32,000 nt of DNA from Candidatus Paracaedimonas acanthamoebae (GTDB taxonomy: Bacteria > Pseudomonadota > Alphaproteobacteria > Caedimonadales > Caedimonadaceae). The stretch spans positions 1 through 32,000 of the forward strand of contig CP008938.1 of NCBI GenBank assembly GCA_000743035.1, read 5' to 3'. Position 1 is the stretch's first letter, and every line of letters starts with the position of its first letter. Under the pieces are notes generated by a model, which ran no database searches, had not been told where the DNA came from, and worked only from the letters and a program-made list of their open reading frames with translations. Shown piece after piece: positions 1 through 8,724 of the stretch. The translations under genes and the position numbers were made by a program.

Positions 1-126
1 TTATTTTTAGTTGTTAAGATTGAAATTATACCTATTTATATTTTAGTCCCTAAAATTATTTAGTTACATAAATTATTTTTATGCTATAATTATTTTATAA
101 TCCTTTAACCAAATATTGGAACTTAA

Positions 127-375
127 ATGATACCAAGAGCAAAAATATCTAAGGGCGGGAAAATTGTTATTCCTGCTTTCTTCAGAAAAAAGTTAAACCT
201 TAAAGATGGTGAAGAAGTTATGCTTGAGCTCCAAGATGATCATCTTGTTATAACGTCTCTTAAACATAAACTTGAAGCTGCACGTCAAACTGTAAACCGC
301 TACCATTCTTCCAAAGAAAGTTTAGTTGATATTTTATTTGAAATGCGTCGTGAGGAAGTTAAGCATGAACAATAA
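127..375 (+). CDS. vapB: AbrB/SpoVT-fold antitoxin, VapB-like (82 aa)
   Basis: The N-terminal motif KISKGGKIVIPAFFRKKLNLKDGEEVMLEL..DHLVIT is typical of AbrB/MazE/SpoVT antitoxins. Its stop (373-375) overlaps the ATG (365) of the downstream PIN gene. Confidence 0.8.
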   Translation: MIPRAKISKGGKIVIPAFFRKKLNLKDGEEVMLELQDDHLVITSLKHKLEAARQTVNRYHSSKESLVDILFEMRREEVKHEQ

Positions 376-754
376 TGTTGTTTTAGATTCTTCCGCCCTC
401 CTCGCTCTTCTTAAAAATGAACAAGGGGCAGAGATCGTTGAATCTCTCCTTGGAAACATTATAATGTCGAGCATAAATGTTTCTGAAGTCGCAACTGTAT
501 TACTCGATTCAGAAATGACTTTACAAGAATGCCAAGACACTGTTTTACCGTTTATTTCAGCAATCGTTCCTTATGATGAAGAACAAGCCTTCTTAGCTGC
601 TGATCTTAGAAAACAAACTAAAGCTTATGGTCTTTCGTTAGGAAACAGAGCTTGTATTGCATTGGGGCAAAAGATGCAACTTCCTATCTATATTGCTGAT
701 AAGATATGGAATGAGCTACAATTAGAGGGGATTGAAATTAAACTTATAAAATAA
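365..754 (+). CDS. vapC: PIN-domain toxin, VapC-like (129 aa; the start at ATG 365 is preferred over the ORF-track start at 326)
   Basis: Shows the PIN signature VVLDSSALLALL (first acidic residue), SEV, and LSLGNRACIALG...IADKIW. An 11-nt overlap with vapB is typical of TA operons. The third conserved acidic position reads Asn (AAC, 644-646). Confidence 0.8.
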   Translation: MNNNVVLDSSALLALLKNEQGAEIVESLLGNIIMSSINVSEVATVLLDSEMTLQECQDTVLPFISAIVPYDEEQAFLAADLRKQTKAYGLSLGNRACIALGQKMQLPIYIADKIWNELQLEGIEIKLIK

Positions 755-788
755 TGGTTTCTCACTTCAAGCTTGATGCGTTTAATTT

Positions 789-1667
789 TTATTTTTCTGT
801 TTTCCTGAGTCTTTTTGGCTGACCTAATGCGAGGTAATTTTCTTTAGAGACAACTTTCTTCCCTGTTTCTAACTCTAACTTCTTCCGAGCATCTCCTGCT
901 ATCTTCCCACCTAATCTTGCAGTATGCTTATTCTCTTCAAAACCTTGAGGGTTTCGACTTTGTGTAATTTCTGTTGTTGAGGCTTCACCCAACATTGAAA
1001 AAATTAACTCTAAATCACTCATATGATCCCGCAAATTCTCGCGCTTTAAACCTTTATATTTTTTATGATCACTCGGCACCATCCCAAATGTTGCATAAGC
1101 AATCTCAGCGGTGAGGATTGAATACTCTCTATCTTCTTGTATCCCTCGTTTACTCCACTCTTCTGTCAGTTCCTCATGAATGGCAATACCGCGCATTCTT
1201 TTTTCAATCCACTCCTCAGGATACCCTTTAGCTTTATAAAGGGCACGCGTACGCTTTGTTGCTAACTCAGGATCTTCAATTTCTTGAACACGCTCATAAC
1301 CAACCTTAGCAAGCCAACGCTTAAAAGGTTCTGCTTTAGAAGAAGGAATTGATTGTATAATGCGAAAAAGTGTTTCTGCATTGGCACAATCTGTTGCATA
1401 TAACTTTCCATCCAAGGAAGGTAATTTCAGTTGTCCGATTTTTTCGGACAACTCAATAAATCCTTCTTCCTTTAAAAGCTTTCGTTTTAAATCATCCCAA
1501 TATTTGCGCGGGCGAGAGCTTTCTGTTAAGGCTTCAATTATATCAACAATTGAAAACCACCATTCATCCTTATGAAGAACGCGGCGGATCTTTTTACCCT
1601 TGAATACAATAATCTTATTCAGTTCCATTTTTACCTTATAAGCCTGTGAGCTTGCCTCATAATTCAT
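789..1667 (-). CDS. BRO-N domain / DNA-damage-inducible protein D (DinD)-like protein (292 aa)
   Basis: The N-terminus FKGKKIRRVLHKDEWWFSIVDIIEALT fits the Bro-N motif. The C-terminal part (KGLKRENLRDHMSDLEL...GGKIAGDARKKLELETGKKV) resembles the E. coli DinD C-terminus from memory. Confidence 0.7.
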   Translation of the reverse strand: MNYEASSQAYKVKMELNKIIVFKGKKIRRVLHKDEWWFSIVDIIEALTESSRPRKYWDDLKRKLLKEEGFIELSEKIGQLKLPSLDGKLYATDCANAETLFRIIQSIPSSKAEPFKRWLAKVGYERVQEIEDPELATKRTRALYKAKGYPEEWIEKRMRGIAIHEELTEEWSKRGIQEDREYSILTAEIAYATFGMVPSDHKKYKGLKRENLRDHMSDLELIFSMLGEASTTEITQSRNPQGFEENKHTARLGGKIAGDARKKLELETGKKVVSKENYLALGQPKRLRKTEK

Positions 1668-1683
1668 AACAATAATTACATAC

Positions 1684-3876
1684 TTATGCTTTTATTTTCC
1701 TTTTTCCAGCATAGCAGATAGGACACCCTGATCCTTTTACTCTAGTGCGTACTATGGTTTCCCATATATGCCCTTTATTTTTACACTGCCAGAAAAACTT
1801 CTTAGAACTTCCAGGAAGAATATCAAAGGCTGTGATGGAGCCATTTAAGGTAGGATGTAACTGTTGAGCAATATCAGGATATAGAACAGCCAGGTTATTA
1901 TCTTTTCCAACCCTTCTATTGATGCATTCTGGGCACCCAGATCCCTTTCTTACTCTGCTATCTATTGTTGCTTCCCATTGATGCCCTTTATCGCATTTCC
2001 ATGTTACTTTCTTATTACTTCCAGGCATAACATCTTGAGGGGTAAGAGCCCCATTGGCTTCCTGATCCCATTCTTCAATATATTGGGGATACAAAACAGC
2101 GAGGTTATTATCTTTCCCAACCTTATGATTAGCACACTCAGGGCACTGTGATCCTTTTACTCTAGCGTATACTGCGGCTTTCCATATATGATTTTTTTCA
2201 CACTGCCAGAAAAACTTCTTAGAACTTCCAGGAAGAATATCAAAGGCCGTAATGGTGCCATTTAAGGTGGGATGTAACTGTTGAGCAATATGAGGAGCCA
2301 AAACAGCAAGGTTATTATCTTTTCCAACCTTGTGATTGGCACATTCTGGGCACTTATCTCCCTTTCTTACTCTGTTACATATTCTTGCTATCCATTTATG
2401 ACCTTTCTCGCATTTCCAAGCTACCTTTTTACTACTTTTAGACATAACATCTTGAGGGGTAAGATCCCCATTGGCTTCTTGATCCCATTCTTCAATATAA
2501 TGAGGGTATAGAACAGCAAGGCTGTTATCTTTTCCGACCTTTTGATTTGCACATTCAGGACATCCCTTTCCTTTAGATCTATGACGAATCAAAGCTTCCC
2601 ATTCATGGTCTTTATGGCATCTCCACCAGGCTTTTTTATCACTTCCAGGGACAACATCATAAGGCGTCAATTTATCATTCTTTGTAGGATGCCATTCATT
2701 AGCTAAATTAGGCTTTATGACAGCAAGATTATTGTCTTTCCCAACCTTTTTATTAGTACATTCAGGACAATGCTGTTGTTGAATTACTCTATTAAATATT
2801 GTTGCTTTCCATTTATGCCCTTTCTCGCATTTCCATGCTACTTTTTTACTACTTTTAGACATAACATCTTGAGGGGTGAGAGTCCCATTGGCTTCTTGAT
2901 CCCATTCATCACTATAGTGAGGATATTGAACAGCAAGATTGTTGTCTTTTCCAACCTTTTTATTTGCACATTCAGGGCACCCATACTTTAGGACTGCTCT
3001 TGCATATATAGAAGTTTTCGATTCATGTCCTTTTTCACACTGCCACACTGCTATTCTTCTGCTGTAAGGAGAGATGAGCTCAATTTTAAAAGCTCCATTT
3101 TTTGTTGGATGAAATTGCTTAAGAACCTCATCTGGAATTTTGGTAATTCTTTGATTTCTTCTAACTAATTCTTTTACTTTTGTTCTTTGTCGATTGAGAG
3201 GGAATATTTTATTACATTTTGGACAACCTTGACCATGACTTACTCTGCTACCTATTCTTGCTTTCCACTTATGACCTTTTTGGCATTTCCAAGCTACCTT
3301 TTTACTACTTTTAGACATAACATCTTGAGGGGTAAGATCCCCATTGGCTTCTTGATCCCATTCTTTACTATAGTGAGGGTAGAGAACAGCAAGGCTGTTA
3401 TCTTTTCCAACCTTTCTATTTGCACATTCAGGACATCCATGACCATATGTTCTTGTTCGAACCTTTGTTTTCCATTCATGGTTTTTTTCGCAAACCCAGA
3501 CTATAAACTTGTTACTGAAGGGAGTTAATTCATCCGCTGTAATGATTCCGTTCTTGGTTGGATGTAATTGAGCTGCAATATCAGGACGAAGTGTAGAAAG
3601 GTTATATGTTTCCGTTGCGCGCCCGGGAGAATGGCACATAGGGCATTTTTCATAATACGCACGAGCTTCTATGGTTTCATACCAGAAGTGACCTTTGTCA
3701 CATTTCCACTTTCCCATAATCTGCTTATTTTTATAGGGATCCTCAGGAAATGGATGATCATTTTCAACAGGATCCCATTGAAGTTTAATAGCTTCATATT
3801 GATCTTTTTTTTGCTTCTTAAAAAATCCCTCTGCTAGTCTTGTTAAAGCATTAATTTTAGCCTTCTTTGTTAGCAC
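1684..3876 (-). CDS. Zinc-ribbon array protein, 730 aa, 10 units of W-x-C-x-K-G-H-x-W...C-P-x-C (resembles the DUF4379-type treble-clef zinc-ribbon family); GTG start
   Basis: Ten repeats of about 66 aa (LAVxxPxxxxEWxxxxNGxLTPxDVxxxSxKKVxWKCxKGHxW...GCPECxNxKVGKDNN) were counted in the translation. There is no signal peptide. The C-terminus is basic (AGKRKIKA). The N-terminal region is shared with the 382-aa and 587-aa paralogues. Confidence 0.85.
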   Translation of the reverse strand: MLTKKAKINALTRLAEGFFKKQKKDQYEAIKLQWDPVENDHPFPEDPYKNKQIMGKWKCDKGHFWYETIEARAYYEKCPMCHSPGRATETYNLSTLRPDIAAQLHPTKNGIITADELTPFSNKFIVWVCEKNHEWKTKVRTRTYGHGCPECANRKVGKDNSLAVLYPHYSKEWDQEANGDLTPQDVMSKSSKKVAWKCQKGHKWKARIGSRVSHGQGCPKCNKIFPLNRQRTKVKELVRRNQRITKIPDEVLKQFHPTKNGAFKIELISPYSRRIAVWQCEKGHESKTSIYARAVLKYGCPECANKKVGKDNNLAVQYPHYSDEWDQEANGTLTPQDVMSKSSKKVAWKCEKGHKWKATIFNRVIQQQHCPECTNKKVGKDNNLAVIKPNLANEWHPTKNDKLTPYDVVPGSDKKAWWRCHKDHEWEALIRHRSKGKGCPECANQKVGKDNSLAVLYPHYIEEWDQEANGDLTPQDVMSKSSKKVAWKCEKGHKWIARICNRVRKGDKCPECANHKVGKDNNLAVLAPHIAQQLHPTLNGTITAFDILPGSSKKFFWQCEKNHIWKAAVYARVKGSQCPECANHKVGKDNNLAVLYPQYIEEWDQEANGALTPQDVMPGSNKKVTWKCDKGHQWEATIDSRVRKGSGCPECINRRVGKDNNLAVLYPDIAQQLHPTLNGSITAFDILPGSSKKFFWQCKNKGHIWETIVRTRVKGSGCPICYAGKRKIKA

Positions 3877-3932
3877 TTTCTCTTCCTATAAGAAGCCCTT
3901 CTTTATTGCAGACTGAAATTTATAAGCTCCTT

Positions 3933-6900
3933 TTATGGCTTAAACTTCGGCGTAAAATACATAGAATGACTATCATCACGGGTATTTAAGTCTGGCTCCT
4001 CATAAGTAGCTGACGGATGATTATCATTATCATAAGGCTTTAAGTTCGGCACTGCATACCTGGTATCCTCAACATTATCGTTATGATGCTCAGCATAGGG
4101 TACTCCAACACTATCATCGCTAGAGTTTAGATCAGTATCACTATCTTCATATTCCTTTTGTAGGTCTTTATAGAGTGATGGGAAATCTTCTCCATAGTGG
4201 GATGGTGAAGGGAGCTTGTCCACATACTCTGAAGGAACCTCTTTTTTATAATCTTGTTGTGAGGGAAGCTTATCCTCATAAACATAAGAAGAAGAGCTGG
4301 AAGAGGCAACATTTATGTTAATTGCTCTATTAGTATGGGTTTCTTTTTCTGAAAGGGTTTTCATAAAATCTACAAAGAGCTCTTTAGGAGAAGACTTTGG
4401 CTTCAATTTGAGAAGTTCTTCTTGAGCTTTGAGTGTTGTGAATCTCTTCCTTGGTTTGGATTCAAGCAATCCTTTGATGACAGGAAAAATCGTTAAGTTT
4501 TTAAAATTCTTTTCCATCTTCTCGTAAGCGTCCTCAAGATGCTCTTCAAAATAATCTGAGTCACGTACGTTCATCATTTCTATAACGCCCTTCTCAAGGC
4601 CAAGAGGATATTCATTATTGGTAATCTCAAGCAGAGTAATCCCTGCTGCAAAGGCATCCGCGGCTTTTCCAGAGAAAAGTGTAGCCGTTTCTGTCGCTTC
4701 AAATTCATGCCCCCTACTAGCCATTGCAGAGCGGCAATAGGCCATACGATCAGGGGAGAAATAGGCAAAATCACCAAGCCCGCCTTTCATTTTGTCTTTT
4801 TGTAAGGCACACCCAAAGTCACTGACATATACAGTACCGTCAGTATGCACAAGGACATTGGTTGGTTTGACATCAAGGTGAGAGATGCCATCATCATGCA
4901 TGTTTTTAAGGCCTGTCAAAAGAGAAAGGGCAAAATGTGTTAACAGCTGATCTTTAAGCTTATTATTGGGCAGAAGCGCAAGCTTATCTTGGAAAGTCCA
5001 TCCATTGCCCAAAGCCGCTAAGGGGGTAACTTGCAATAAGAGTTCTTGCTGTGTCATATCTTGGCCACGGATGGTAGTTGACCCAAAGGTAGCATTCAAA
5101 AGCTGTTTTATGTCTCTTCTATTATCAGGCGTTGGTTTGAAATGTAAGTATTCTAATAAAGGTAAAACGCCTTCTTTTTGACCTAAGCTTTCTTGTAGTT
5201 TTCCTTCACGACGAGAAGCTTTTACATTTTCTGTTCCAACAACAACTTTCATCGCATCGTATTGTCTTGTTCCTCTTAATCTAGCAGGGAAGACACGCCC
5301 AAAATTGCCGGCTCCTAAAGTAACTTTTTTCTCATCTTCGTCCTCTTCAAATTCAATGTTAAGGCCGGCGAGAACTTTAAGTTCTTTTGCTTCACGCCTG
5401 TCTACGTCAGGAAGAAGCACATATTCATGACCATGCATGGCCCCTTTGATAATAATCCTTCCAGCCTCGACCCCTTCTCCTTTGGCTGTGAAAGCATCAG
5501 CAGCTACAGCGGGAGTGGCTGGGGGAAGTTCCCCCAACTCTACATCATCATTGTCGAAAGCTTTCTTCTGATTGTTATGGCGATATTTAAGACCAAGAAC
5601 AACGGCCAAGGTCGTACCACCTGCAAGTAACACAGTTCCGCCAACAGCTCCTCCAACTGCAGCTCCTATAACTGTAGCATCGTCAGAAGATGAAGGAGAA
5701 GAGCCACCTGGGATTGGTGAAGGCGTTGGGTTTATCGAACGACAATAAGCATTATAATTGGGATTTGAAGCAGACACTAAATTTTGTGAAAGAGACACAA
5801 TAAAACCATCAACGGGGCTTGAAGGGAAAAAAAGCTCTGCAACTTTATAAACTTGACCCTCTAATAAAGAACCTTGTTGACTACTAAAAGGTTGCTGAAG
5901 GGTAGTTTTACTATGAGTAGGGGTTGTTAACGTAGGATTCCATGCATAAGAAGCACAAGAGCTTGAGGTTTGTTGTGCTGATAAAGCTTGATATTCACAA
6001 TCTGTGACATTGGACCCATCAACCACTCTTTTGTATAAAATTGAAGAACCATTTAATTGATCAATAAAGAAATACGTTAATCGGGTATAAACAGAGTTAT
6101 AGCTTGAGAGAATATTTTTACAAGATAAAGGCTCCATGCTCAGTTGATTAAAACAAGTTAACAAATCATTGTGCAGGCTTCCCCCCAAAGTTATTAAAGT
6201 TTGCTTTATTGTTTGATCCCCTCCGCAACTAGTAGAGCCAATTGTTCCATTATAAGAAGAGATGAGCTGATCATAAGTATTTCCTGTTTCTTCAATGGCG
6301 CGCTGTGGTCTATTGGTACTGATAACTTGAGGTGTGAAGTAGGCAGGTCTTATTTGATTTTGTGTGCTATTCCTTGTTAAAGCGCGTTGCCAAAGGAGAG
6401 TAGGGTTACTTCCTAAAGGCCTTGCTATTGTCGTGGTGAGACCAAGGGTTGTATTATACATTGCTGTAAATACCCAATATTCATGATTAGGAAGCGTATC
6501 AATATAAAAGGGATTCAGGTTTCTTGGGGTCGAAGTATCTGCATAAAGAGTAGCGTTATTAAGCCCTTGATACTCGTAAGCACGAAAATAAGAATAAGTA
6601 GAATTGAATGGTGTATAAGTTATGCTATAATAAGGTGTGTCTGGCGTAAAATTAAGTCTTGTTGCATTTCCATCAGGAATACTGCCAACTACATAAGTTG
6701 AAAGCTGAGCATAATAACCTGTATTATTAAGTCCATTAATTATATTAAGGATCTCAGGCAATGCTGCAGCTTTATTGGGGTTAAAAAGGGTGTTATTGGT
6801 TGCTTGTTGGTAATAAGGATTACTAGCAAGAGAGATTAACTCAGGGCTGTTAAGAGCTGTCCCGAGCAAGAAATGGGAGCTTGCACAGTCTTTATATGCA

Positions 6901-7838
6901 TCACCTGGACCACTACAAGCAGTAATCAAAGAACCTGGACTTAAAGCAGCAGCTGCTGTAATAGCTCCATGGGATAAGATCAAAGTTAATAATCCTATTC
7001 CTTCTGCATAGCGACCCAGAGAATACTTTCTTGTAGAATGATTTTTAAACTTAATGCCTAAAGAATTTAAGGTCGCATATGAATCTTCTGTAAGGCTTCC
7101 CCCATTCATATTTTTATATAAGCGGACAAGAGAACTTTTTACATATTTAAGGTTATCTCTTTTGTGCTCTAGTTCGCTTACTTCTTCTAAGCACTGAGAT
7201 AAAAGAGCGCCTTCTTGAAGAATATCGAGTCTAAAAGCATGAGGGTCAAATTCTTCATCAAAATCTTGAGCAAATTGAAATTCAACTCGTAAGCTTTCAT
7301 TGTGAATTTGCTTTGCAAGACTGCTTTTTTGCAACACTCGATAGAAGTTAGCAAGTTCTTGCTTAAAATGAATTAAGTTACTCTCATTAACATTATTTTG
7401 GTTCATAAGGTGATAAAACTTAGCAACTAGACGACCACTTTTTTCAAAACTTTGATGAAAATTATTTGAAGAACTGTCTTCTGCCAATTCATAACTAAGA
7501 TAATCAAAAAATTCATTTAAATGTTGATAATTAAGAGTAATAAGGTGGTCCGTTATATGGGCCCAATCCTTTTCCCAAGAAGAGACCTGGTTTTCTTTTC
7601 TTGAGGTTTGAGAAGACGAACTTCCTTTTAAAAGGAAAGTTAATTTTTCTTTTATATCTTTAAATAAAGATCCAACCCATGAAGAAGCCTGAGGGTTTAT
7701 TCCTTCAATTTCAGGAGATAAAACTTTTTTAGTATATGAGGGAAGTGGGTCTGTAACAATATCTGAGCTTAATGTTGGATGTGAGTGTGATATACTAATA
7801 ATTGAAAAAATAACCAGCAGTATTCTTCTTAAAATCAT
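3933..7838 (-). CDS. Type-I-topology membrane protein with a C-terminal Hanks-type Ser/Thr kinase domain (1301 aa)
   Basis: Signal peptide MILRRILLVIFSIISISHS. Single TM helix VIGAAVGGAVGGTVLLAGGTTLAVVLGL (nt 5589-5672) followed by KYRHNNQKK. Kinase motifs are LGAGNFGRV, DAMKVV, SHLDVKPTNVLV, SDFGCA and FSPDRM...DAFAAGITLLEI. The roughly 125-aa acidic tail contains 12 Tyr. Confidence 0.9.
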   Translation of the reverse strand: MILRRILLVIFSIISISHSHPTLSSDIVTDPLPSYTKKVLSPEIEGINPQASSWVGSLFKDIKEKLTFLLKGSSSSQTSRKENQVSSWEKDWAHITDHLITLNYQHLNEFFDYLSYELAEDSSSNNFHQSFEKSGRLVAKFYHLMNQNNVNESNLIHFKQELANFYRVLQKSSLAKQIHNESLRVEFQFAQDFDEEFDPHAFRLDILQEGALLSQCLEEVSELEHKRDNLKYVKSSLVRLYKNMNGGSLTEDSYATLNSLGIKFKNHSTRKYSLGRYAEGIGLLTLILSHGAITAAAALSPGSLITACSGPGDAYKDCASSHFLLGTALNSPELISLASNPYYQQATNNTLFNPNKAAALPEILNIINGLNNTGYYAQLSTYVVGSIPDGNATRLNFTPDTPYYSITYTPFNSTYSYFRAYEYQGLNNATLYADTSTPRNLNPFYIDTLPNHEYWVFTAMYNTTLGLTTTIARPLGSNPTLLWQRALTRNSTQNQIRPAYFTPQVISTNRPQRAIEETGNTYDQLISSYNGTIGSTSCGGDQTIKQTLITLGGSLHNDLLTCFNQLSMEPLSCKNILSSYNSVYTRLTYFFIDQLNGSSILYKRVVDGSNVTDCEYQALSAQQTSSSCASYAWNPTLTTPTHSKTTLQQPFSSQQGSLLEGQVYKVAELFFPSSPVDGFIVSLSQNLVSASNPNYNAYCRSINPTPSPIPGGSSPSSSDDATVIGAAVGGAVGGTVLLAGGTTLAVVLGLKYRHNNQKKAFDNDDVELGELPPATPAVAADAFTAKGEGVEAGRIIIKGAMHGHEYVLLPDVDRREAKELKVLAGLNIEFEEDEDEKKVTLGAGNFGRVFPARLRGTRQYDAMKVVVGTENVKASRREGKLQESLGQKEGVLPLLEYLHFKPTPDNRRDIKQLLNATFGSTTIRGQDMTQQELLLQVTPLAALGNGWTFQDKLALLPNNKLKDQLLTHFALSLLTGLKNMHDDGISHLDVKPTNVLVHTDGTVYVSDFGCALQKDKMKGGLGDFAYFSPDRMAYCRSAMASRGHEFEATETATLFSGKAADAFAAGITLLEITNNEYPLGLEKGVIEMMNVRDSDYFEEHLEDAYEKMEKNFKNLTIFPVIKGLLESKPRKRFTTLKAQEELLKLKPKSSPKELFVDFMKTLSEKETHTNRAININVASSSSSSYVYEDKLPSQQDYKKEVPSEYVDKLPSPSHYGEDFPSLYKDLQKEYEDSDTDLNSSDDSVGVPYAEHHNDNVEDTRYAVPNLKPYDNDNHPSATYEEPDLNTRDDSHSMYFTPKFKP

Positions 7839-8002
7839 AATGACGCTTCCCCTAAAAATAATCTAACAATTAGGTTAGCACACGGCATTTTTATGTCAAA
7901 TGTTAACAGGCTAACAACTAAATAGTTAAGATAATATTTTATTTAATTTATATTAAGACAACATATCCCTAAGCATATTAAGTAGTGTGATATTATTAAA
8001 TT

Positions 8003-8701
8003 TTAATTAAAAAAAGAGTTAAATAACTTAAATTTAAGATGAACATTAAATTCATAAATACTTGGCTTAATGCTGCGGGTATTAAGAATTGTCTGTCCTT
8101 GTCTATCCAAAAGAGGGTATGATGAATTCTTATAACGTGTATGAGAAAGTTCTGCCCCTAAAGAAAAACTTTTAAAGGGTACGCTCATCCCAATGCCCAT
8201 CATCATACCGTTTAATTTCTTCTTCAACTCACTTCGCCCCATAAGCGGTAAACCATCAGTAACTATATGCCAATGACCTTTCGTTAAGCCACCTTTCACA
8301 AAGTAAAGAGTTTCGTTATAAAACGTACCCAAACGTACATCAGCACCATAGTTGTGTTTTAGCTGGAGAGAATTTTTTAATGGAATTCTTGGATTGTTCA
8401 CTGAACTATTTATTTTTCCTTTAAGATTTGAAAAAAGGGTGCTTCCTTGTAACGCTATATAATATTTCTTATTAAAAGTTTGACTCAGTTCAACAAAAGG
8501 TCCACCATTTGCTCCATGCATTGCAACATGAGAATGGTCGTTAATATTTTGGTATCCAGGCACAGCATCAGTTAAATTGCGTTTAATATGAATTCTGCCT
8601 AAAGCATACCCCCCTTTTATACCTAGCCATAAACTCGTTTCAGAAGCATAAGCTATATTTGTGAAAATGCTTATTGAACTTACTATAATAAATTTATTCA
8701 T
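8003..8701 (-). CDS. Small outer-membrane beta-barrel protein (OMP_b-brl / Omp25-31-like, 232 aa)
   Basis: Signal peptide MNKFIIVSSISIFTNIAYA. Alternating hydrophobic beta-strand pattern with aromatic-rich terminal strands (YEFNVHLKFKLF). Lies 23 nt downstream of the secreted repeat protein gene. Confidence 0.7.
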   Translation of the reverse strand: MNKFIIVSSISIFTNIAYASETSLWLGIKGGYALGRIHIKRNLTDAVPGYQNINDHSHVAMHGANGGPFVELSQTFNKKYYIALQGSTLFSNLKGKINSSVNNPRIPLKNSLQLKHNYGADVRLGTFYNETLYFVKGGLTKGHWHIVTDGLPLMGRSELKKKLNGMMMGIGMSVPFKSFSLGAELSHTRYKNSSYPLLDRQGQTILNTRSIKPSIYEFNVHLKFKLFNSFFN

Positions 8702-8724
8702 ACTTTTTCCTTCAAGTATTTTAG

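Noticed and set aside
63-90. A possible vapBC promoter (GTTACA, 16 nt, TATAAT at 85-90)
   Set aside because: The -10 is good, but the -35 is weak and the region is so AT-rich that many such hexamers occur, so it is not reported as a feature.
326-364. N-terminal extensions proposed by the ORF track for vapC (326), virB2 (25225), virB4 (25831), virB6 (28927), virB8 (30236) and virB9 (30861)
   Set aside because: Each would overlap the upstream gene extensively. Internal ATGs are preceded by good Shine-Dalgarno sequences or start the expected signal peptide or TM segment.
2281-3837. Plus-strand ORFs 2281-2511, 2770-2991, 3187-3528 and 3568-3837 with mutually similar peptides (FPFMTFLAFPSYLFTTFRHNILRG...)
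   Set aside because: They are antisense shadows of the repeated zinc-ribbon units, and their similarity simply mirrors the DNA repeats. They have no RBS and a hydrophobic, low-complexity composition. The minus-strand frame carries the conserved Cys/His/Trp pattern.
4127-6701. Short ORFs inside the kinase gene (4127-4312, 4580-4777, 4966-5181, 5427-5630, 6483-6701)
   Set aside because: They are fully nested in a 1301-aa ORF with clear kinase motifs. They show no RBS and no recognisable motifs.
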